Assembly (NCBI RefSeq): GCF_006345805.1
Contig: NC_043012.1
Span: forward strand, 26,288,001-26,352,000
Length of the DNA: 64,000 nt
Direction of reading: 5' to 3'
From: Octopus sinensis
Lineage: Eukaryota
The notes beneath the pieces are model-generated. The model was not told the DNA's origin. It saw only the letters and a list, made by a program, of their open reading frames with translations, and did not search any database. The position numbers were made by a program, and so were the translations under genes. How positions within the stretch are numbered: position 1 is the stretch's first letter; each line of letters opens with the position of its first letter. This document shows, piece after piece, positions 26,344 through 42,139 of this stretch.

Positions 26344-27069
26344 CACAATCCAATACAGGCCATTCCTAATTTAATTTTATTATCTTCATTTATTACTTTT
26401 GTTATCTTTGATCGCTAGAGCTAAGGATCCTGGCGATGGCAGCATGTCAAATTGTCGTCTACTAGAAGGCAAGTACTCGTTCCCACACGCACACTCATTA
26501 GCACGACATACAACCCATTCGTACACTCATACACATACACGTATATTCATACATACAAACATCTACATTACGTTCACGTATATACACATACGTACTCGTA
26601 CCTACAGATTCATGTCTACACTTTAGGAGGCTAGTCTATATATATACACCAATAAATATACATATATATATATATATATACATCATATATATACACATAT
26701 ACACATAAACACACAACACACATATATATACTCCTACATACAGATACATACCTATATATATATATATATACATACACACACATACATGTACATATATATA
26801 TATATATACATACATACATATATATAATATACATATTATATATATATATACATACATACATCCACAACACCCATATATATACACACACATACATACACAT
26901 ATATATACATACACAAACATATATACACACATATATATATATATATACATATATACACACATACATACACACAACTACATACATATACACACAAAACATA
27001 CATACGTAAACATACATACATACCTCCATACATCCATACTTACATGCACTTATACGCATACCAAACCCC

Positions 27070-27123
<54 letters not shown>

Positions 27124-27438
27124 TCACACATACATATACAAATATACGCCCACACATACATACATACATACACGTATACGCATACACGCACATACATATA
27201 CATGCGTACCCATACACGTGCCACACGCACATGCATCCATATGTATACACACACACACATATACACGTGTTCAAGCATACATACATACTCATACACGCAC
27301 ACATACTTACATATACATATATGCACACACTTCCACACATATATACATACACATATACATGCATACATACATATATGCATACATACACACACGCGCACTC
27401 ATATATACATATACATATACACACATACACACATATAC

Positions 27439-27505
<67 letters not shown>

Positions 27506-27602
27506 TACACACATATACATACATATACACATACATATATATACACATATACACATACACATACATGCACACATACACACACATACACATACACCTACAT
27601 AC

Positions 27603-27633
<31 letters not shown>

Positions 27634-27933
27634 TACACACACATACACATATACACATACATATATACACACATACATACATATACATACACACACACAC
27701 ATACATATATACACGGATACACATACCCATACATATATATATATATATATTATATATATATACACACACACACATATACACATGCATATACTTATATCTC
27801 TACATACTCACATATAAACATATATATATATACACACACACATATATATACATGTACACACACATACACATATACATACATATATACACATACACACATA
27901 CATATATATATACATATACATATACACATACAT

Positions 27934-27964
<31 letters not shown>

Positions 27965-27991
27965 CACATACATATACCCCCACATATATAC

Positions 27992-28030
<39 letters not shown>

Positions 28031-28203
28031 TACATATACACATATACATGTATACATACGCAATAATGATACACATATATACACATACACACACACAGAC
28101 AGATGCATATACATACATATATATATAAAAAATTACATATCTATATAAATACATACATAATACACATATACACACACATATATACACATACATATACATA
28201 CAT

Positions 28204-28235
<32 letters not shown>

Positions 28236-28444
28236 TATACATACATATACATATATATACACATACACATACACATGCACATACATATACAAATATACAT
28301 ACACATGCATACACACACACGCGCGCACATACATATACACACACACATATACAAATACATACATACACACATACACACACACACATATATATACATACAT
28401 GTACACATACACATATACATACATATATATATATATATACACAC

Positions 28445-28492
<48 letters not shown>

Positions 28493-28923
28493 ATATATCA
28501 ACAAGGGAGGGTAAAGTTAATTAGTTATTAATCAAATTCACCAAGAATTCAGTATGTAAAGGACCATTTTATTTGAGTAAACAATGTTAGAGGGAAAAAA
28601 TTCTCTAAGTAGTGGAAGAGGCTAAAAACCTTTATTGGCTGCTATTTCTAGAAAGTTTATATAATTATATATATATAATATATTATATATATATATATAA
28701 TGTTATATAATTAGGGCTTAGTAAAATAAAATAAATTACTTTGCCCAATACTAAACTTTCTAGAAATAGCAGCCAATAAAGGTTTTAGCCTCTTCCACTA
28801 CTTAGAGAATTTTTTCCCTCTAACATGTTTACTCAAAATAATAATGGTCCCTTTACATACTGATTTCTTGGTGAATTTGATTAATAACTAATTAACTTTA
28901 CCCTCCCTTGTTGATATAATATG

Positions 28924-28970
<47 letters not shown>

Positions 28971-29179
28971 GTGTGTTGTATATTATATATATATGTATGT
29001 ATATGTGTATGTGTACATGTATGTATATATATGTGTGTGTGTGTATGTGTGTATGTATGTATTTGTATATGTGTGTGTGTATATGTATGTGCGCGCGTGT
29101 GTGTGTATGCATGTGTATGTATATTTGTATATGTATGTGCATGTGTATGTGTATGTGTATATATGTATATGTATGTATA

Positions 29180-29220
<41 letters not shown>

Positions 29221-29652
29221 ATGTATGTGTATATATGTGTGTGTATATGTGTATTATGTATGTATTTATATAGATATGTAATTTTATATATATATGTATG
29301 TATATGCATCTGTCGTGGTGTGTGTATGTGTATATATGTGTATCATTATTGCGTATGTATACATGTATATGTGTGTATGTATGTGGTGTGTGTGTGTAAT
29401 GTGTGTATATATATATATATGTATATATGTGGGGGTATATGTAGTGTATATATAGATATATATATATATATATGTATGTATATGTATGTGTATATGTATA
29501 TGTATATATATATGTATGTGTGTATGTGTATATATGTATGTATAGTGTATGTGTGTGTACATGTATATATATGTGTGTGTGTATATATATATATGTTTAT
29601 ATGTGAGTATGTAGAGATATAAGTATATGCATGTGTATATGTGTGTGTTGTG

Positions 29653-29685
<33 letters not shown>

Positions 29686-29926
29686 GTATGGGTATGTGTA
29701 TCCGTGTAATATGTATGTGTGTGTGTGTATGTATATGTAGTATGTGTGTATATATGTATGTGTATATGTGTATGTGTGTGTATATATGTGTATAATATAA
29801 TATATATATATGTATGTAGGTGTATGTGTATGTGTGTGTATGGGTGCATGTATGTGTATGTGTATATGTGTATATATGTATGTGTATATGTATTATATAT
29901 GTGTGTAGTATATGTGTATATATATA

Positions 29927-29971
<45 letters not shown>

Positions 29972-30285
29972 GTATATGTGTGTATGTGTGTATAGGTATA
30001 TGTATATATGAGTGCGCGTGTGTGTATGTATGCATATATGTATGTATGCATGTATATGTGTATGTATATGTGTGGAAGTGTGTGCATATATGTATATGTT
30101 AAGTATGTGTGCGTGTATGAGTATGTATGTATGCTTGAACACGTGTATATATGTGTGTTGTGTATACATATGGGCATGTGCGTGTGGGCACGTGTATGGG
30201 TACGCATATATATGTGTATGTGCGTGTATGCGTATACGTGTATGTATGTATGTATGTGGGGCGTATATTGTATATGTATGTGTGA

Positions 30286-30331
<46 letters not shown>

Positions 30332-30561
30332 TATAGATGGGGGTGTGTGTATGCGTATAAGTGCATGTAAGTATGGATGTATGGAGGTATGTATGTATGT
30401 TTACGTATGTATGTGTTTGTGTGTATATGTATGTAGTTGTGTGTATGTATGTGTGTATATATGTATATATATATATATATGTGTGTATATATGTTTGTGT
30501 ATGTATATATATGTGTATGTATGTGTGTGTATATATATGGGTGTGTGTGTATGTATGTATG

Positions 30562-30598
<37 letters not shown>

Positions 30599-31492
30599 GT
30601 ATGTATATGTATATATATATATATATATGTACATGTATGTGTGTGTATGTATATATATATATATAGGTATGTATCTGTATGTAGGAGTATATATATGTGT
30701 GTGTGTGTGTGTATGTGTATATGTGTATATATATGTATGTATATATATATATATATATGTATATTTATTGGTGTATATATATAGACTAGCCTCCTAAAGT
30801 GTAGACATGAATCTGTAGGTACGAGTACGTATGTGTATATACGTGAACGTATGTAGATGTTTGTATGTATGAATATACGTGTATGTGTATGAGTGTACGA
30901 ATGGGTGTATGTACGTGCTAATGAGTGTGCGTGTGGGAACGAGTACTTGCCTTCTAGTAGACAGACAATTTGGACATGCTGCCATCGCCAGGATCCTTAG
31001 CTCTAGCGATCAAAGATAACAAAAGTAATAAATGAAGATAATAAAATTAAAATTAGGGAATGGGCTGTATTGGATTGTGTATATATATTATATATGTATA
31101 TATATTATATATATATAGATAATGTGTAGTATATGTTTATATATATGTGTATGTATGTGTATGTGTGTATGTGTAGGTATGTATAGGCACACATGTGTAC
31201 GTATGTGTGTGTGTATGTATATGTGTTTATGTATGTATGTGCACAATTTTATTATTATTTTTTTTATTGATTTTTTATTTTTATTTTTTATTTTTATTTT
31301 TTTATTTTTATTTTTTTTATTTTTTTATTTTTTTATTTTTTTATTTATCTATTCTTTAATCTAACTTACCACTGACTCCTTGACCACTCCCCCAAGTATG
31401 ATATTTTGCGCTATGCCTACCCCAAAAAAGTCCCCCACCACCACTCCTTTAAACCTGCCTAATGTATAAATGCTAATACAATCTTGTTAAAT

Positions 31493-31541
31493 AGCTTCCT
31501 GAAGATCTCTGAATGAAAACAGTACTAGTCCTGTAGAAGCT
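31493..31541 (+). ncRNA. Mirror copy of the second-family hammerhead, with indels
   Basis: agcttc-ctgaaga-tctctgaat-gaaaa-cagtactagtcctg-ta-gaagct. Stem II is damaged by deletions. Confidence 0.7.
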
Positions 31542-31576
31542 CCTTCTATATAATAATATATATATATATATATATA

Positions 31577-31870
31577 GTGTTTAGGGCAGCGGACTCGCGG
31601 TCGCAGGGTTGCGGTTTCGATTCCCAGACCGGGCGTTGTGAGTGTTTATTGACCGAAAAACACCTAAAGCTCCACGAGTCTCCGGCAGGGGGTGGTGGCG
31701 ATCTCTGCTGCACTCTTTTGCCAAAACTTTCTCTCATTCTTTCTTCTGTTGGTCTGCTCGCTTAGCCAGCGGGGTGGCGTCATTTGAAGGCTAAAACAAT
31801 GCGAAACGCATTGTGACCAGCGATGTGTAACAACATCTGATAGCCTGGTCGGTCACGGTGATCACGGTGA
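31577..31870 (+). mobile_element. SINE family C
   Basis: Starts gtgtttagggcagcggactcgcgg and ends cggtcacggtgatcacggtg. Confidence 0.9.
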
Positions 31871-32028
31871 TATATATATATGTAATATATATATGAGTAA
31901 ATACCTCTCTCCTTCTATCTATCTATATGTAACTAGATACGCACGTATATTATTATTATCATTATTATTATTAGCACACCGGAAGAAATGCGCAGTAGCA
32001 TTTCGTCAGTAGCATTCCGTCTAATTCC

Positions 32029-33846
32029 AAATTAGACGGAATGCGAGGAAGAGTCTTTTCGAGCACTCACATTCGCACGTGAGCATTCGAGTTCAGAATA
32101 GGTTTATTCGATATAGCACTAATTATATATGTGTGTTTTTATTCACATACTAAGAAGTGAATGTTAAAAATTTAAACGACATGTTTTGTCATGCAAATTT
32201 ATTTTGTTGCTATAGCCACAAGGAAGAAATAAATTATATGATTCTTCAGTCCACGAAAGTCTTTTTCATTGCAACATTTGTAACCGGTCGGTGTCATTTG
32301 CCTTTTAAATCCCTTTCTCTTACACCAACTTGTAATCATAGAGCCACGCGTGAGGTACATGCGTATATCGAACGAAGATAGGGCAAGCCTGGATGACGCC
32401 TTCGAGGGGCTTCAAGCCGATTCCCTAAAACTGTCAGACACACTTGGCATTAAAAGAAGTACTGCTTGATCTATAGTATCGACCTACCTACGGTCTGTGA
32501 GGTTTCCCAGAGGGGGTGCCCACCACATCAAGGTTGATGAAGAAATGTGAGCCAGGCCTCAGGTTATTATTGATCCAACCCACTCGCAACCCTTCAACAG
32601 ATGAAGAGGGACTTTGAGGCAGAATTTCCCGGAACGCCGCCTGTTTCCGTGTCTGCAAACTCACGGGCTCTAGATGGGATGTCGATAACTATAAAGATGG
32701 CTCAAGACGTCCCAGATGCAAGAAATGCTCCAAGAACTCTGGAAAAGCGTTATGAGTTAGCGCCTTGGTTCAAGGAAGAGGGAGTCGTCGCCCATTACAT
32801 ACTCATTGATGAATGTGGGTACAACAATTGGATCAGGTGGTCTTTTGGACGAGCTCCCGAGACATTCCTGTTGACCGAGTTGTCAACCATCAGTACGGGG
32901 AAACTGCAGCGTCACATTCGCGGTATCGGGAGAAATCGGTCTGGTTCACCACTCCATTGCGAACGATACTGTTACACGAAACGCTCTGGAGGAGTTCTTG
33001 GCGGAATCAGTTCGAGCATGTGCCGACATTTCCCCAGCAGATTAATCCGTCAACTTGATCTATGACAACACGCGGTAACACGTTCATGCCAAGCTCCCAG
33101 CTGATGCCGACCCACGGATCAGTCTGAAACTCTTACCTCCCTACTCGCAGTTTCTTAACTGTACGGAAATGGCGTATTCTGGCTTTAAGGTGGCTGTTAA
33201 ACGGGACCTCGCTCGAGCTGAGTTGCAGCAAAGGGTTGGCGACCGGGCAGCTGCAGAAGGAGCCGGCATGACCATTGAAGAATGGCGAGCACATGTCATA
33301 CAACAGGTCACAAGGTGTAGCATCGGCGCTATCACTCCAGAAAATCGTCGGAATAGGCACATCCAGACCTACCCCACGAAATGCCTCTACCACTAGGAAA
33401 TAGATGGCTAAGTGCTCTCAAACGAACTATCTTTATTAAGACTGTAAATCATTAATTATCTTAGTGTACATGGCATTCTTTTCCCGATGAAAGAAAAAAA
33501 ATGCAAAGTCAAAGAAATATATACTTTTCCTAACAAGACATATTCTGCAACGGAAGACCACATATTACAATACAATGCATTCAAAATCCAAGAAAATGAT
33601 TTGTTGTAATTGTGAGTTTTTTTAAGAAGATTGAAAAGGTTAGAATTCCATGAAGTCTTTAACAATGTGAACCTAGGCAAAAACAAAAGAATACATACAA
33701 ATGACAAGGCATAAACAATGGATGAAAACAGATGATTATGATAACAATGATCATGAGATAAAACCAAAACAGTATTGTGCTAATTTGATTGTTCAAAGTG
33801 TTAAATAGATGGCTCGAAAACACGCTTTCTCGCATTCCGACAATTT
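32029..33846 (+). mobile_element. DNA transposon bounded by ~36-bp subterminal inverted repeats
   Basis: 32029-32064 (aaattagacggaatgcgaggaagagtcttttcgagc) resembles the reverse complement of 33812-33846. True ends may extend to about 31975 and 33910. Confidence 0.6.
32338..33396 (+). pseudogene. IS630/Tc1/mariner-superfamily DDE transposase pseudogene (about DD33-34E)
   Basis: HTH region (DRAS..DAFE...DTLGIKRSTA*SIV...PRGGAHHIKVDEEM), catalytic ILIDECGYN, LIYDN, LLPPYSQFLNCTE. Stops and frameshifts present. Confidence 0.88.
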
Positions 33847-34029
33847 GAATGCTCTTCACAGGCATTTTCATTTGAGTCAAGTAAATGCTAAATTCTTTCA
33901 CCGAAGTGCGAAATTGAATAACCGAGAAACGAATTTGAATGATTAACTGCATGGCTCTAATTTTTTTCGCATCTTTGAACGACCCAATTATCAAATTGAA
34001 TGGCTAACGTACGAAAATGACTGTAAAAA

Positions 34030-34443
34030 CCTATTCTCTTTCTCTTTTCTCTTTTACTTGTTTCAGTCATTCGACTGCGGCCATGCTGGAGCACCGCCTT
34101 TAGTCGAGCAACTCGACCCCGGGACTTATTCTTTATAATCCCAGTACTTATTCTATCGGTCTCTTTTGCCGAACCGCTAAGTGACGGGGACGTAAACACA
34201 CCAGCATCGGTTGTCAAGCAATGCTAGGGGGACAAACACAGACACACAAACACACACACATACATATATATATATACATATATACGACAGGCTTCTTTCA
34301 GTTTCCGTCTACCAAATCCACTCACAAGGCATTGGTCGGCCGGGGCTATAGCAGAAGACACTGGCCAAGATGCCAGCAGTGGGACTGAACCGGAACCATG
34401 TGGTGGGTTAGCAAGCTACTTACCACACAGCCACTCCTGCGCC
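34030..34443 (-). mobile_element. SINE family A, full length
   Basis: Near-consensus reverse-complement copy. Confidence 0.92.
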
Positions 34444-34471
34444 TATATTATTATGTTACTATTATTATTAC

Positions 34472-34523
<52 letters not shown>

Positions 34524-34559
34524 GTTATTATTATTATTATTTTTGTTGTTATTTCTTTT

Positions 34560-35087
34560 ATCATAGATTTTGTTGGAACTCCTGGAGCCTTGGATGCGTA
34601 GCGGGCTTGTTACCTGCAGCCTACGGTACCATGCAACTCGTTCTGTTCAGCTATCTAGTAGTTTCCTAATTATTCTGGCCGTGCCAAGGAGGCAAATCTT
34701 TTGCAACATTTCTACTGAGTACGCTATTCCAATTTCCTTTATATTCCTCTTGATGCCTTCTGAAACTGTTCCCAAGGACCCCACAATAATTAGCACTTTA
34801 CCTTCTTCATTTTCCGTAGCCGAGCTATTTCGTACTTAAGAGGGTTTATCTAACTATCTTTTTACCTTCCTTATTGAATAATCGTGGCCCAAAGGGGCAG
34901 GTTACGAGAACTATATAGCAAAGGTGGTGCATCTTAGGTCCAGTCTGTTATTCTCTAGCACCTGGTTTGTTTGGATTGGGAAAACGCAGACGATTTTGCT
35001 AGTCTCCGACTATGCCACTCTCTGCGGTTTCTGTGCATACCACGTCTTGCTTCTCTCTAATCCTCACTTTTCGCACAGTTTCCAATG
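34560..35087 (-). mobile_element. R4/Dong-clade LINE 3' fragment (RLE endonuclease C-terminus)
   Basis: HWKLCEK*GLERSKTWY...FPIQTNQVLENNR...IIVGSLGTVSEG...LQKICLLGTARIIRKLL*. Flanked by (TAA)n on both sides. Confidence 0.85.
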
Positions 35088-35180
35088 TATAATGATAATA
35101 ATAATAACAATAATAATCATAATTATTATTATTGTTGTTGTTGTTATTATTATTGTTATTATTATTATTGTTATTATTAA

Positions 35181-35254
<74 letters not shown>

Positions 35255-35260
35255 ATATTA

Positions 35261-35342
<82 letters not shown>

Positions 35343-36156
35343 TCTCCTTTTTATTTCTTTATACAATGTTACAACTAAACTATCTCTTGTGATTATTTGT
35401 GGCAGATGCGATCATTTACCAGCTTCCCACGATTTTATATTTCACCTTAGAAATCTCTATTTCGTATCAAATTAATAAATCCATCATGGTCACTCTTAGC
35501 TATCTGTCTGAGATGGTTAAAACAATCTGAAGATTCGATGGAGAACTATTAGAGACGGTACAACAATATAATTTAAACATTAAAGCAAACCAGAAGATTT
35601 TGATAAAAATTATTACTGATCTCTCTATATCGGTGAACAGTGAAGAATAAAGAGTTCACACAGTGAAATGGACTCTGTCTTGAACCTCAGAATCTTCCTT
35701 TTCCTCACAGCACACAAGCTTAGCTCACTGATTTCAAGATTAACCTGTAATTGAGTAACATTAAGAATTTTACCGAGCGAGTAAAATAATTTATAAAGAT
35801 GCTGCTTACACGCTAGGAATCTCAGCTATTCCACACCTATAGAAGGATATTTATATAAAGATTTATATCTAAATATATTAAAATTAATCAGGTTGTGTAC
35901 TGTGTCTAGACTCTCAATTTTCCGTAGCAACGTTTATAGAATTAATGTTAAATAAAATATTAGGCTTACAAACAGAATAGAGTTAATAGAAACGAACTCA
36001 GTGTCATAGAGCTTTAACGAAATATATATTTATATATATACATACATATATACATATATACATATACACACATATATTTTTTTACACACACACATATATA
36101 TATAAATATGCATAAGAATTTATATATATATATATATACGTGTGTGAACTTTTAAA

Positions 36157-36195
<39 letters not shown>

Positions 36196-36405
36196 CTATT
36201 AACAGTTTGACACGGGATTACGTTACTTTAGAGACGCAAAAAATATGTCTAATCTCTGAATATCGAGTGATGGCGCGGCCAAGATTCGTGAATATTGTTG
36301 ATTCTCATTGGATGATAAGAAATATTCGTTCTCATCGGCCATTTCGGGTCATGTGTCAAAATTGATAACACGGAGCTTGATAGAATAAACACACACACAC
36401 ACACA

Positions 36406-36455
<50 letters not shown>

Positions 36456-36528
36456 ACACTTACACGCACACATACAAACAAACACACACGTGTATGTATA
36501 TATATATAATACACACATACATATATAT

Positions 36529-38990
36529 TCCTTTCTTTTATTCTTTTTTCAGTTTCATCTCAAAGCTGGGTGGCCATGCTGAGACATCACTGTTTTGCTA
36601 CATGTTATTATTGAGAGCTTTCCCTGATATGTGGCATTTGGTCAAATAAGGGAGTTTGATGTCCCCATTAGGTCAACAAGCGAAGTTGATGTCGCTGCCC
36701 TCATTTGCTTCTCCTGTCACCGGGTAGGCTCATCTGGGACTCTCGACAGGAAGAGATCCAGTTTTCTTGTGAAAACCCCTACATCCACTTTGTGTAGGTC
36801 TCTCGGGTACTTTGGGAGAATTCTAAAATGATGTGATCCCTTGAAACCGAGGCTGTTATAATAACTGGTACTGAAACGCGACGTCAATGTTGGGATCTTT
36901 GCCACTGTGCAGTGGTGACCCGCTCTGGAATTTGTGTGGCTTTCAATGCCAAAATTTGGTAAATACTTTCCATGATCTTCCAGGTGTATATTACTGCATA
37001 ACCCTCCCGCTTTTCCTCCAGGGATTAGAATCTTAGCTGTTCAGCCTTCTCCAGTAGCTGAGCTGTTACAATAAGACGATCTTCTATGTGAAGTTTCGCT
37101 GGATTACTACAAAAGCGCGCTGTTTATTTTACATTCTGTTGTGATCATGGGTGGGAGCAGTAGTTCAGATGCTTGAAGACGAATGACCTCCAGAGGAGCA
37201 CCATGGTTTCCTTTTCTCTGGTTCTGAAGGTTCTCAGGATCCAGCCAGCCTGCCGTCTGCACTTTGTCGCCATCTTGGTAGCGTACACTTGGAAAGAGGC
37301 ATCATAACTCACATCGATACCCAGGTCACGCACTGATTTAGCTTCTGGGATTGTAATCCCCCCTGCTGGGCCAGTTTGCCCTGTATGTTTTTCGTTCAAT
37401 TTGGGGTGATAATAGCGCTGGACTTGGAATTTTCCAGCATTAAACTGCATATTATTGTCCTCAGCCCATCTGTAAATTGTGGCCGACTCCTGCTGCAGAC
37501 GTCCAACATCGCTAGGGTTTTGTATTTTTTGTGAGACTTTCGTGTTATCTGCGTAGCTAGCGAGGGTGACTATCCGGGCAGCTGAGGGCATATCTAACAG
37601 GGCCACTATGAAAACCAGTGGTCCTAAGACAGTGCTCTGTAAAACACCACTTACTATTTGTGTTTCATTTGAAGTGGCACCATTGGGCACCACTGCCTTA
37701 CTTCTATCTTTCAGAAAGTCATGTAACCACTCTCTAAGTTTTCCAGGTATACCAAAATCGCGCAGTTAGTGGTATATCCTACCATGATCAACTTTATCAA
37801 AAGCAATGTATATTACGTTCATATTTGATTTGTCGAGTAACTGCTTCAACACCCAGTCATAGTGCTGTGAGACCTGAGTCAGGCAGTTCCTACCTGATCG
37901 AAAACCATACTGGGTATCACTCAGCAAGTCATCTTCTGCCAAGAATGCGATTAGTTTCCCTCTGACTATTCGTTCTATGCCTTGCTGATGTGTGAAGTCA
38001 AAAAAGATAGGCTTCTGCTCTGCTTCCTCCATTATGGTCATATTATCCCCTCCTTCAATTTGCTTGGAAGTTTACCATTCGCAAGAAAATTCTGGAAGAG
38101 GATCTGTAGTGGTTTTGCCAGGGCACGTCTGCACGATTTGAGGAAGATTGTTGGGAAACCATCAGGGCCAGCTGTTGAGTTTGCGTCCACCTCGTCTATA
38201 ACGAGTATTACATCTCCAATGTGGTTGTAGTCTATCGTAACTGCCTTCCTGGTTTTAGGTGAGACGGCAGAGAACCCCACTGGTTCGCTCACTTGTCTGT
38301 GTTCAAACGGAGTAGTAAAGACACTTTTGAACTGGTCATTCAGCACTTCACTGATGCTGGTTGTGTTATCTGTGAGGGAGCTGTCCTTCTCGAAGAGGGG
38401 TCCTATTTTGCAACGTACTGAGGCCGTTACTTTGGCATAAGGAACGAAAGCATTTGAGTTTGACTTGGATTTATATAATCCAGGCTTCTTTATCTGCTCT
38501 CTCCTTCACATAGGATTGCTTCAGCTCTATTATGTTGTGATCCGAAACTCATGTCGGCGTTACTTTCAAGTTATGAACGATGTTATGTCGTTTCTTTCGC
38601 ATAAGGAGTTTGACTTGGTTTTTCTATAACCCAGGCTTCTTTATCTGCGCTCTTCTTTACATAGGATTGTTTCAGGCTGTTCTCAGTCTCCATCGGTGTT
38701 GTTTTTAGGTGAACCGTTCACTACATTTGGCATGAAGCGATTTGAAACTCTCGTCCGTCGTGTATTGTTTGCGAAGCAGAATTCCAACGTTATTTGCCGC
38801 GGTTGGTCGGAACACAATTTTCTCCGTGAATAGGGCATTGGTAAGGTTGAATAGAGACTCCACCTGTACTTGTCTGCAATGAGTCATTCCTGAGAGCGCG
38901 AGGCCCTCGGCCTATTTGACACTTAGGAATTTGAAATCACCCATAAGAAACACACTCACGTGAGGCTCAAATTTCATGAGGCTTTCTTTT
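36529..38990 (-). mobile_element. CR1-clade LINE, degenerate and internally rearranged
   Basis: APE remnant (GDFKF, PTAANN), AGPDGFP.IFLK, QYGFRSGRNCL, AFDKVDHG, SGVLQSTVLGPLVF, YADNTK, LSRVPDEP. Tail cagcatggccac...tgaaac...aataaaag. Confidence 0.9.
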
Positions 38991-39429
38991 TTTTCTTGAG
39001 AGGTAATCTTGAAACTTGCCCATGTGGTAGAAACATCCGGTGGGCTATATGTATTGCATATGACTCTATTGTGTTGTCTTATTTATACATCTAGAGTTTC
39101 ACATACTGAATTTGAATATGACAGTAGGACCTGGGGTGTGAGGTCCTCACGGATGTATACAGCAACTCCGCCATGGTTCCTTTCTCATCTGTCCGTTCGC
39201 AGTAAGGTATATTTTAGTACGTGTATCATATATATATATATTATATATATTATATAATATATATATATATATGTGTGGTGTGTGTGTGTAGTGGAAATAG
39301 CACTGGATTTGAAGGTTTCGGCGTGATTAGCCCTCCTCGAAGTGTGGAGGGTGAGTCTGTTACAGACTAAGTAGACAGAAAGTTCCAATTCACTGTTAGC
39401 ACTATTCTCGCTAAAGAAGAATGTTAATA

Positions 39430-39464
<35 letters not shown>

Positions 39465-39506
39465 GTCTATCTATCTATCTACCTAACTATCTATATACCT
39501 ACCTTC

Positions 39507-39610
<104 letters not shown>

Positions 39611-40279
39611 GGAGAGAGAGCGCGAGAGAGAGTCGAGGGAGAGAGAGAGAGATACACATGAACATGTATATGTGTGTGAGTATCTGTGTCAAGCATAAAC
39701 TCGAGTAGTAATTCCAGAGAATGTACAACAGGAAGATGTTAGGAAGAAAGAAGCTTAAGGAGAAAAAATAGGATGTGAAATAACTAGAAACCCGTCTGAA
39801 GCTTACACACTTAAAAACCCTCCACTACCTACAACGCTCCGCTGCAAAAAAAATATATAGACATGCAAGATGAACAGAAAAAAAAAAGATTATCATATTT
39901 AAATTGACGTTAAAACGTCGTTATAAAATAGATGAAAAATAAACCAAAAAAAATACACAATAGATTTTGAAAACAAAAACACAAACAATTATAATAAGAT
40001 ATAATAAAACCATCATAAAACGCGAAATTTGAGAGAGAAAAAAAAACAGCAACAGAAAATGCTGTCCAAACAATATAACACTAATGAAGGTAATTAGAAC
40101 AGTTCATTTGAGAAGTTGATGCAGTTAGTAAAAGTCAACGAATCGTCCAATTCCGCCATCTTTAAAAACGTACATTTAGTTTCAAAATTGAGCGAAGCAA
40201 ACCAATCAATGCTTATTGTCTGTCACATTTAGATGTCGTTGTCGTCGACGTTGTGTTGCTGTTGCTGTTGTTGGAGAGA

Positions 40280-41240
<961 letters not shown>

Positions 41241-41741
41241 TTGTTATATTCGTTAGTGTTGTAGTTTTTTCCTCTTTTCTCTTATACTATGCACGAATGA
41301 ATGCTAGAGACAAAATAGAATTATAAAAAACAGTAATAAAATAATAATAATATTATTTAATTCATTCATTCATTCTTGTTTTTGTTCTCCTTCTCCTTCT
41401 TCTTCTTCTTCTTCTCCTCATAATCATTATTATTATTATTACTAATATTGTTATTTTTACTACTGCTGCTACTACTACCACTACTACTACTATTATTATT
41501 ACTATACTACTACTACTACTACTACTACTAATACTACTACTACTACTACTAATAATAATAATAATAATACTATGAATAAATAATATAGAAATAAATAATA
41601 ATTATTATTATTATTAATGGTAGTAGTAATAGTAGTAGCAGTAGTGATAACTGAGGTAGTGGTAGTAACAGCAATCGTATTAGCAACAGCAGCAATAGCA
41701 GAAGCAGCAGCAACATCATCATCATCATCATCATCAGCAGC

Positions 41742-41793
<52 letters not shown>

Positions 41794-42095
41794 ACAGCAG
41801 CATGGATATTATTTTTTGGTGGTCATTAATGTTCTCGTTTTATTCGTTGTCCTTGTCCCTGTTTCTTCGTTGCTCATATGATCAGAGTCACGTGGACTAT
41901 TTGAAAATCTGTCATTCTACGTAATGATTTGATGCCAATACATATTTCTGTTTGTCTGTACCCATAATATCAATATAGTTCCTCTATATCTATCTATCGA
42001 CCTATATATACATCACCTCACTGTCTCTCGATATATACATACACACATTTATATATATATATATATATTTACATATATATAAATATATATATATA

Positions 42096-42139
<44 letters not shown>

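Larger units (their letters stand above)
25865..31556. repeat. 5.7-kb inverted duplication (arms about 2.8 kb, spacer about 100 bp)
   Basis: 25865-28657 is the reverse complement of 28756-31556, matched at unique anchors (26340-26640 vs 30780-31080; 28497-28657 vs 28756-28915). Arms differ mainly by small indels. Confidence 0.92.

Noticed and set aside
26399-30985. Dozens of long YI/HT/MC/VC-rich ORFs (up to 308 aa)
   Set aside because: Translations of (TA)/(CA)/(CATA) repeats, which lack stop codons in several frames.
39310-39345. Minus-strand UCGAGGA-G-GGC[loop]GCC-GAAA resembling a hammerhead
   Set aside because: The first core bases are wrong and there is no convincing stem I or stem III.
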